This document shows positions 56,601 to 64,000 of a stretch of DNA of 64,000 bases, piece after piece. The stretch lies in the NCBI GenBank assembly GCA_964035545.1, contig OZ037765.1, positions 12,348,698 through 12,412,697 of the forward strand, read 5' to 3'. The stretch is from Bugula neritina. Its lineage: Eukaryota; Animalia; Bryozoa. The notes under the pieces are model-generated. The model was not told where the DNA came from and did not search any database. It saw only the letters and a program-made list of their open reading frames with translations. A program made the position numbers and the translations under genes. Each line of letters opens with the position of its first letter. The stretch's first letter is position 1.

Positions 56601-57847
56601 AAAAAACACACTTTGAATGTTTTATTAAAAATTTGCTGTGGCTAAAAACCCCAGTGAGAACTTACTTGGATGCCCCAGACTCAGCATTTGATTTTAAATT
56701 GAAGACATTATTGTATACGCAACTCTAAATGGTGGTTATGAACTGGTGAGATGTGTTTCAGGAGCTGGTACAGGAGCGTGACAATGAGCGGCTGCAACTG
56801 CAACATCAGCTTCATACAGCAGATCAGCTACTAAAACATTCAACCTCTAAAGAATTACTCAATAGCAGACCCAACAGCTTCGTATCAAATTCATCTTCTA
56901 ACACTTCAGCTGGTGAACCATCCGACCCTCAGATTAATGGTAGGCTCAGGCTCTATAAAATTACAGTTGCTTGTTTAAATTTGTTTTAATGCATGAACAT
57001 GTCTGTGTTGGAGTTGTAAGGCTAAGGTTTTACTTACTTTCTCATTTCAGCAATAACTCAAATCCCTGTGATTCCGCCTGTGATACAAATAGAACGTCTT
57101 CATTCCGATCCTCCTGTTGAACCCACCTTAAATGACTCCACATCTAGTAGCTCTCTTCAAGCTGATAGCGGCAGCGACGATGAAGGCACAGTATATGCTG
57201 AACCAAAATACGACATCAATGAAACTGCAGGTGAAACCAGTTCACAGCAACGACCCGACAGCTCTCTATCCGATATATCCAACACGCATACAGATAACAC
57301 TCTGATATCAAACGACTATCTATCAGATGACTTTCTTGAAACAAACGTTAAGCAGAGCAGCAGTGTGTCTGACACTACTAGTGACTACGTGACTGCCCCA
57401 TCCTCCACACTAAATGCAGCCACTGCTGCTAAGTTGGACGACAGTTTACAGGATGTAAGCTCTTCCTCCAACTCGGAGTACGAGTCGGACGCTGACAAGG
57501 GCTCTGACATCACAGCTCAGTTGGTAGAGGCTGAGGTGGTGGAGGCCAACATGGATGATAGAGATGGCTCTGCTGTTGGGGATGGTACTTTGATTGTAGC
57601 TGCTAGGCTCGTTGAGCGGGCTATCAAGTCGGCCATGAATATTATTACAGGTGGTAACGAATTAGGTGACACATCTATAAGCAATGTGAACTCCCATGAT
57701 ATTAATCTAGAGTGTGTATCGGACAGTGAAGTAAATGTAGAAAGTGGAGGAGGTGAAGCCGGTGGTGTGGTGCTTGTTGATGAAGCTAGTGATGCAATTG
57801 ATGATAGTGATGAGGCTGACGCCTTGTCAGCTAGTTCTTTAGACTAA
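16787..57847 (+). CDS. ARHGEF12: RGS-RhoGEF (PDZ-RGS-like-C1-DH-PH), RhoGEF2/ARHGEF11/ARHGEF12 family; ~37 coding exons, ~1727 aa
   Basis: Phase-consistent exons: 16787-16800, 20248-20306, 26756-26860, 27637-27686, 28766-28823, 31793-31977, 33800-33880, 34853-34975, 36835-36912, 37539-37697, 40723-40854, 43774-43899, 44554-44664, 44819-44974, 45550-45661, 45841-45943, 46189-46360, 46472-46583, 46791-46910, 47579-47620, 48037-48099, 49457-49516, 49728-49840, 50065-50198, 50885-51066, 51158-51390, 51505-51630, 51765-51882, 52045-52223, 52457-52712, 52911-52998, 53787-53966, 54135-54181, 54310-54395, 55430-55675, 56762-56939, 57051-57847 (5184 nt). The start codon and small linker exons are less certain. 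Probably a co-orthologue of ARHGEF1/11/12. Confidence 0.93.
18149..18183 (+). CDS. Candidate alternative first coding exon of the RhoGEF (MYSIPPVASKCL...)
   Basis: ATG at 18149, perfect GTAAGT donor at 18184, phase 2 matching the acceptor of exon 20248; sits at the end of a CpG-richer patch. Confidence 0.5.
19399..19648. repeat. Perfect tandem duplication, 2 x 125 bp
   Basis: AGCAATAAAATGACCATTGATC...CTACCTTTATA at 19399-19523 and 19524-19648. Confidence 0.95.
21305..21470. repeat. (CTA)n microsatellite with degenerate tail
   Basis: Read directly from the sequence. Confidence 0.95.
23578..23609. repeat. (AT)16 microsatellite
   Basis: Read directly from the sequence. Confidence 0.95.
26756..31977 (+). 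CDS. RhoGEF PDZ-domain exons
   Basis: GLMQLCVIVEKDEIGYGLTVSGDKPVHVQSVKE|NGASARAGVRTGDRIYK|VNGSLVANFDHTEVVNLIK|AGSHVALTL, typical of LARG/PDZ-RhoGEF PDZ domains. Confidence 0.95.
29082..29285 (-). mobile_element. SINE copy (same family, reverse orientation)
   Basis: Reverse complement reads GGAGCAGCAGTGGTCTAGAAGTTAGAG..GGGTTCGAACCCC (B box)..GGCCGTTGGTGATGTTAGGAAAATCATCCAC..CAGGGATGGCAACTATAAC. Confidence 0.87.
30619..30829 (+). CDS. Candidate internal alternative first exon of the RhoGEF (PDZ-less isoform)
   Basis: ATG-initiated 70-codon ORF MDYIFTSGKSSVRKRYARRGSLP..., in-frame upstream TAA, donor T|GTATGT in phase 1 matching exon 31793. Confidence 0.6.
31056..31134 (-). mobile_element. Diverged 3' fragment of the SINE family
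   Basis: Reverse complement CTGAACAATTCCTTGGCCCACTTAACAACCCTTTCCCAAAGGGG..ACTATAAAC resembles the SINE 3' half at 971-1045. Confidence 0.55.
44100..44254. repeat. (CTA/CCA)n compound microsatellite
   Basis: Read directly from the sequence. Confidence 0.92.
44554..46360 (+). CDS. RhoGEF RGS-like (rgRGS) domain exons
   Basis: HGPFIDFELLRDKHAHCSVFLSFLVSNADPAPL|LFTLVSDLY..KDMRRWAYEIHSTFI..APL|..LADFRLKRELGLGNLFG. Confidence 0.93.
46472..46910 (+). CDS. RhoGEF C1 zinc-finger domain exons
   Basis: HHLFTPHMFQTTTFCDHCNSLIWGIGYQGYICS|NCEMNIHKECFGQVDTC fits the H-x12-C-x2-C-x14-C-x2-C-x4-H-x2-C-x6-C C1 pattern. Confidence 0.95.
46955..47140. repeat. Degenerate ~28-bp minisatellite with palindromic core TGTCACATGTGACA
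   Basis: Units such as ATGTGGTACTGTCACATGCGACGCCGTC and ATGTGGTGTTGGACATGTGACACTGTC; ~5-6 copies. Confidence 0.8.
50642..50717 (+). repeat. Inverted repeat: 32-bp arms, 12-nt loop (hairpin or palindromic MITE core)
   Basis: TAAGCTAAAATTCATATATGAGTAGAAACTTG ... CAAGTTTTTATTCATATATGAGTTTTAGCTTA; 29 Watson-Crick plus 3 G-U pairs. Confidence 0.85.
50885..53966 (+). CDS. RhoGEF DH and PH domain exons
   Basis: KRQEVINELLYTERSHVRNLKLL, CRRLQFKDLIIIEVHRLTKYPLLID, VLQHVNHAVKECEN, KLVYEGALTWR, LLENMLVLLQVQDDGKLVLKC, VRQVATDKKAIFII, PQIYDLVAHSIEEKKRW. Confidence 0.96.
54813..54958. mobile_element. MITE-like element, 146 bp, with perfect 16-bp terminal inverted repeats
   Basis: AAGTTGCTCCAATCTT (54813-54828) and AAGATTGGAGCAACTT (54943-54958); no clear TSD seen. 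Confidence 0.55.
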
Positions 57848-58582
57848 GTGTCTATGGTTGCAACTCTGTTATTCATTGATATTATATATTATATTCATGT
57901 TAATATTGTTGTGTATTATATATATCTAATTTAACTTGACCCTGCATATTGAAATTCCATTTTGAGTAAGTCCTGTGTTTAAATATTAGTCACAGCAAAG
58001 CTATTATTACAACTATTTTTATATTATATTTGCCCCTGGTGTAAGTTAATCAATTCCATTACCATAATTATTGTTGTTCTTATTCATCCTCTATTAATAT
58101 TATGCACAATATAGAAATGGTGTGGTGTACTCTATCAAATTTACATAGGATAGCAAAAGATTTCATTTAACACCTTCCAGATTTTAATCATATTTGTCGG
58201 AGTAAAAGATATCAAATCAGGTAGCCAATTATGTTTCCATGCTCTGTTTTCTCTGTTGCTATTTCAATTATCACCCTAGACTCTAAACAGGGAGCCACTA
58301 TTATCTACAGAGTAGCTTTTATCATTCTTGTAACATTGTGCTACATCTTTAGTTTAGTTTTTTATTTTAATATTGTACATAATTATTGAGTACATGATTG
58401 TAACGAAAAGATGATTGACTTTTATCATTATAAGGTTTAAATAGTGAAATTATGTTTTCTTTTGTCTGGCATATAATACTTAGTAATCTGTCCTATTGGC
58501 CACCCAAAGGCATTCAACAATGTCGATAATAAATCCCATAAATGCAAAATACGAACCCAGCTTCACTTTTCCACAGAAATAA

Positions 58583-60354
58583 TTAATATTTATAAATTGT
58601 CTCACTGCCTTGGGTCTTTGAATTTAACATTCTCCTTTGAGTTACTGTTTTAACTAATCTGTGATTTTTTTGTGAATTTTTCAATGCAAAACTGTGTATG
58701 CCAGCTCTGATCTTCTCATTGATAGCATCCATCAGCTTATAACCTGTTAACTGTGGGTGATAATTGGGTTGACAGGGACTTGGTTCTAAATTCTGCAATG
58801 CAAAGTTTGGGCTCAATATTATTTGAATTACACATAACTGCATTCATTTAGTTAAAATATACTTTTAGCAAATACCACAATATTGTTGGCACATAATCTG
58901 ACCAGATAATTTCATAAAAAGTTATAATGTGTAAAAACACTTACCAATTCTGCAATTATTAAATCGTAGGTATTTGCCTTCTTTAACAAAACTTGCTGCC
59001 TCTTTGCAAAGTAGATGCTATGTGCAAAATATGCAAATGCACACATGGTTACCATCACTCCACCCATGCTTGCTATATACTGTCAAATATAAGTTGGGGT
59101 ATCTGTGTAATTTATGGGACCAGTAGTGCATGCTTAAAAATGACAAGGGTAATTTGGGAATGAGCAGACAAATCTGATTCTATCAAAATTCTTTATTCAT
59201 TTTATTTTTGCAAAATTTACCCAAGGAATTAAAAAGCATTTCAAAATGTTTTGTCCATAACAATAATGCTAGGCTTGCTGAAAAATGTAAAACTGGAGAA
59301 GGCAATTCTTACAAATGTTGAATGATTGGTTTTTACGAGTAGCTGAATTAGACTATTGTTCATATGATACCATGACGAGACTGACAATTTAATCCTATCT
59401 TATTCATGTATGTTGGTGGGCGTTGAATAATGATGGTTACATCAATATGCTGTTATTTGATGGGTATTTTCTGTATTAAATTTTCTCTAAATAAACTTCA
59501 CACTAAATTAATTCATTGTTGATAAGAGCTGAACAAAGCAATAAAATATCTTATGAAAGCAAAGTTATAAAGTAATAAAATTAATACTCTCATTATGATC
59601 AGATGTTTGGAAGACCAGGCACTGTGTTGCAAATCAAACATCAGCTTTCCTTCACTATCAATCAAAATAGTATAAGCTTTTCCACTTGCTGAGCCAGGAA
59701 AGTGTGTAAATCAGTGAAGTATATACATTTGTTGGAAAATTTATAAATTTGTACTGGTGTGGAAGAAACCCTGGTATTACTTTAATATAATATAATGGCT
59801 TGCTCATCTGTTTTAAAGTTACATTTTACTCATAATTATATTGAAATTATTGCACTATAATTTTTTCATGATTCACATGATGCGAATGGATTTTTCATCT
59901 GATAGATGAGTAGTTGAATATAAACAGTATGCCAAAGGCTAGCATATTCGAAAGATCATAGCATATAGCAAGATACCTCATTCGATGCTAAAGGGAAGCT
60001 GCCACATACTTCTTCCAAAACCATGTCTTGAATATATTGAGGGAACTTCATAACAATAAATTCATATGCAGTGAGAATAAGAAGGAACTTTGACAGAGCT
60101 GTTATAATATTGACGCAGAGATCTATCCACAGCAGCCATATTGGTCTGCATTTGACTATTTGTATGGTAGCTGCTAGTACCATCCATGAACTGAGAGTCA
60201 TAAATATTCCAAACTTGAATGTGAATAAAGATAAGAAAAGTTCTTCTAATATTTCACACTTTTTCAGTGTGAAGTTATAGCAGTGATACACACAGGAAGA
60301 GGAGGACCCAGCCAGCCACTCGATTGGGTCACTAGTAAATATACTGAAGGTCAT
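58583..60354 (-). CDS. Uncharacterised multi-pass membrane protein, 3 exons, ~240 aa
   Basis: Exons 60354-59977 (ATG..SNE|gtatct), 59079-58945 (tgacag|YIASMGG..IAEL|gtaagt), 58792-58583 (ttgcag|NLEPSP..IYKY*); all phase 0 and stop-free in AT-rich DNA; three hydrophobic segments. No family recognised. Confidence 0.65.
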
Positions 60355-61030
60355 ATTAACTTATAGTGAGCACCCAAACAAATGACATCATCAAATTTTG
60401 AGAAGAATAAGTCACAGTGTGGAAAAATATTAGAATAATTTTAGTAATAAAAATGTCATTAGCTAAAAAAACAGAGCAAATATTATATGCTAAGAAGTTT
60501 CTTCACTTAAATTATATTACATTACCAATTCTTACAGGGCAGACTGTATTATATTGCTTAATATAATAATTGTCATTATTCAACAACTCAACAAATATTG
60601 ATTGTGATAATCTGAAAAAAATTCAGATTTTAATTTAGCTTAATTGAATAAATTTCCCTAAACAAGTCATGGAAATTACCAGTAATTATATTATAGCATA
60701 GGACAATTTTATGTGAAAATATAATGGTCATTAATGTCTCAGCTATTTTGATTGTAAAAAATATACAACTGGCACTAAAACAAATTAAACTGAATTATTG
60801 TTAACTGGTGAACTTAATTAATCAAGTAAACAAACATTTATATAATCTGTAATAATGTTCTTTTAACAAAAATTTATATAACATGTAATATATGAAAGCA
60901 ATAATACATTGAAGACTTACTAAATAGCTATTTAACCACAAAATTTAATATTGCCTAAAAAGCTTATGCATAGAAACTTGATGAAAAGCTCATAGTTCAC
61001 ATTAAGTTGTATTTAGACACACACATTCTA

Positions 61031-63138
61031 TTATGTTGGTCTACCTGAAATGGCAGCTAGCCTACCAATTCTGGTAGAACGAGAGGAAGTTGGAGGTTTG
61101 GCTTCTTCCTCGTTAGCCCTATGGCGACTGCGGTTGATATTTCGGTGAGATGACAAAGATGGAGCCGCTGTGTCTTGAGCATGTCTGCTGGAGGGACTCA
61201 CGCTATCAACATCTCTATTCCTTCGACTGCATTGTTCTGATTTGCCTACTCGCCCCGGTGCCCTCCCACCCTCTCTATCTACTCTACTAGGCCTAAGTCT
61301 TCCCTCAGAGTTACACGGCTTTTCACCAACTGCTAGTCTCTCCATATTAGACTTGATATCTTCTTCTTTCTTAGAATTTAACTTGGCTTGCTCTCTTTCT
61401 AATTTCTTAGCTAAGAGGTTGGTTTTCCAATCAGTCCGTGTGCTAACAGTAGGATCTGGAACAGGGTTTGACGTAGAAGGTCTCACTCGCAGTCGATTTG
61501 GTATTGGAGAGCAGTTCCCAGGTATAACAGTATTTGACATACTTTTCCTCTGCATAAACATTGAACTGAATCTTTCCAATCTATTCATAGCAATAATAGC
61601 CTTTATTGCTTTCTACAACATTTTAATATACTATAATTAGTACACAGCTCATAAGTTAATTAACATCAATGGTACAATACACTGTCACTGTGTTTTACAC
61701 ACCTTCCATTTTCTTCTTGCAAAAAACTTGACATGAAACTTCTTAGAGAGATGCCTGGTTGTCTGTGCCCTAGTTATTTTTTGCAGCCATTTATGCTTCA
61801 TACAGTCATTTGCTGACAATCTCTTCCTATGAAGTTAGACATAGTATTTACAAATTTTACAGCTCCAGCTAATGCATGTATTAGTGTATCTAGTTGATTT
61901 GCCCTAACAATACTTTCTGCAAAGTACAGGTATAGATGTTTACTTAGCTTTGGTTTGAACTTTTTTGCTTTGGCATTCGCGGGTTTAAGACATTATCATT
62001 GCTTTGCTTTACAAGGAGACAATTTCTTATTCTACAAAGTTCCTCTATACAAAAAGTTTTAAGAACCTGCTTCAGAGTACCTTAAAGTATTTGCAGTATT
62101 TTTCCTTAACTATTGTATAATTCCACATAATAAATTCTTTAGAGTACTTTTGCATATAGAAATGAAGCATTATATTACTTGTTGTCACAATAGCATATAA
62201 AACACAGTGTTAATCTAATTTATTTTAACTTACATAGGATCTTTGATCAGCAGTTGTTTAATAAAATCTTTGCAGTCATCTGTTATAGCCTCAAATTCCT
62301 CAGCATCAAAGTTGAATTTTACTCGAAGTATATTGGATATCGTTTCATTGTCATTTTGAGCAAGAAATGGTGACAATCCGGACACACTACAATATTAATA
62401 CTGTCTACCTGGTGTTCATAGTTCTGATGGAAATGATCCTATACATGCAGTAGAATATGGTAACTTATGTAGATATCATATATATTATATAATTAAAAAA
62501 ATAAATGCAACGTTAAGTTTTAAAAAGCATGTAGCTGGAATTTTTAAAGTTTGACCGATATTTTAGTATGTGACTACACATACAGCACGTAGCATATGAC
62601 TCCAACACTCCACATATCTGTTGCCGGAGAAACATCTTCAAAATTGGCCACTTCTGGAGCCATGAACTCTAGAGTTCCAGCCATAGTTCGGATTCCACAG
62701 CCTTTATTATAAGTCAATGCTAAGCCAAAGTCTATAATCTTTACTCGAGTTCCAGTAGTTGCAACACAAACTATATTTTCAGGCTAAAAGTAATGCAATT
62801 TAATTAGGATTGCCCACATTTATGTTGTTCGACTTTTCAGATAACATATGGTTATAAATCATAGTTATTTGTTCATTTATCTAAGTTTCACAGCAAAAAA
62901 AATGTAAAAATCAAATATGAAAAGCTTGTTAAAACAAAATAGATAGGTCGAAAAATTAGGTCTCAGTTAAATTGTGTAAGACTTATCGTGCCATACCTTC
63001 ATGTCCAGGTGAATTACGTTTTGAGAGTGAATAAAAGCCATTCCATCCACTATCTGTCTCATAAACAAAATTGCTACTCTTTCTGTCAGGTCAAAGTTGT
63101 CATTAACAACTCTGTCAAATAGTTCACCGCCTAAAACT
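61031..63138 (-). CDS. MYLK: Myosin light chain kinase-like (CAMK group) gene, 3' portion; 5' exons lie beyond the window
   Basis: Exons 63138-62997, 62783-62584, 62386-62234, 61826-61703, 61612-61031. Motifs GGELFDRVV, IHLDMKPENIVCV, KIIDFGLA, GTLEFMAPE, TDMWSVGVICYVLVSGLSPFL, and calmodulin-binding segment KFFARRKWKKAIKAIIAMNRL. Confidence 0.92.
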
Positions 63139-63274
63139 CTATAAAAGTATAACAAACAGCTACAATCAATGTTGAAAATCAATACTTCATAAAAAGATAG
63201 AAATGTAGCGAGCAACTAGAGTTGTGTGCTCTTGAGGTATTACATGTCGCCTAGTGTACTCTTTACATGACATC

Positions 63275-63301
63275 GGGGGGGGGGGGGGGGGGGGGGGGGG
63301 G
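63275..63301. repeat. poly-G run (27 nt) in an MLCK intron
   Basis: Read directly from the sequence. Confidence 0.95.
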
Positions 63302-64000
63302 TTTCATGGCACTTTTAAAAATGATGCAAACTTTAACAGTTTGTATATTTTTTTACTAACTGACTACATACTAAGTGACTATATCTACTTTATCACTCTG
63401 TATTAGATGCACTTTCCAACAGGTTTATAAGAGACTAACTTGTAACTGTCATTATATGTAATTGTGTTTTGCCGTCAAAGTGTACAATCAAATTCCTATT
63501 TCTTCTCAAACAACTTTTTTTAAACACATGCTAACTAAAATTTTAGATTAGAAAAAATACAATCAAAGCAAATATTATCTTTTAGCTGAAACTTGTTTTA
63601 AGCATCTTTAAGCTTGTTATCTCAACTTTGATTACTGTACTAAGGACTGCAAGTTTTCACTCTATGTTACCAATGCAAACCACATTAATTTGGACTTAAC
63701 CTATCAAACTGAGATTTCTTAAAGTGCCAATAATTTTGATTCCTACAAGTTTAAAGTTACACATACTTTCCTTTTACACAATGCCCCACAAATATGTATG
63801 TATTTTGTTACTTTTGGATGGTTATTTTAGCATTTGAAGTTGTTTTCTCTCTGAATCTCTGAGTACGTATATTTATAGCATATAGCACTTTTATAATTCT
63901 TTTGGTGTATAACATTAGCCAATGGAAATTATATCCAGCTGTAGTGAAAAGCAGTTGACAATATTTTGCAAAATGGCCAAATTCTCAGCCTAGTGAAAAT

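Noticed and set aside
61242-61640. 132-aa plus-strand ORF (likewise 55423-55776 minus and 4381-4686 plus)
   Set aside because: Antisense shadows of real exons.
63275-63301. G-quadruplex regulatory element
   Set aside because: Plain homopolymer; length is unreliable in assemblies and there is no other support.

Overview
AT-rich, intron-rich eukaryotic DNA, most likely from an invertebrate animal; no prokaryotic features. Manual GT-AG exon assembly supports four genes. (1) A complete 16-exon SLC37A1/2-type sugar-phosphate exchanger on the minus strand (593-9032, ~542 aa). (2) A divergently oriented ~37-exon PDZ-RGS-C1-DH-PH RhoGEF of the RhoGEF2/ARHGEF11/12 family on the plus strand (16787-57847, ~1727 aa), with candidate alternative first exons, cassette/micro-exons and an AKAP-like C-terminal helix. 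(3) An unrecognised 3-exon, ~240 aa multi-pass membrane protein gene on the minus strand (58583-60354), wedged between its neighbours. (4) The 3' part of a myosin light chain kinase-like gene on the minus strand (61031 to >63138). Non-coding DNA holds a tRNA-derived SINE family (one copy with a 16-bp TSD), a decayed R4/Dong-like non-LTR retrotransposon, a MITE-like inverted repeat, hairpins, microsatellites, a 125-bp perfect tandem duplication, and degenerate 6-bp-periodic tracts next to presumed promoters. All boundaries were read by eye; no database searches were run.
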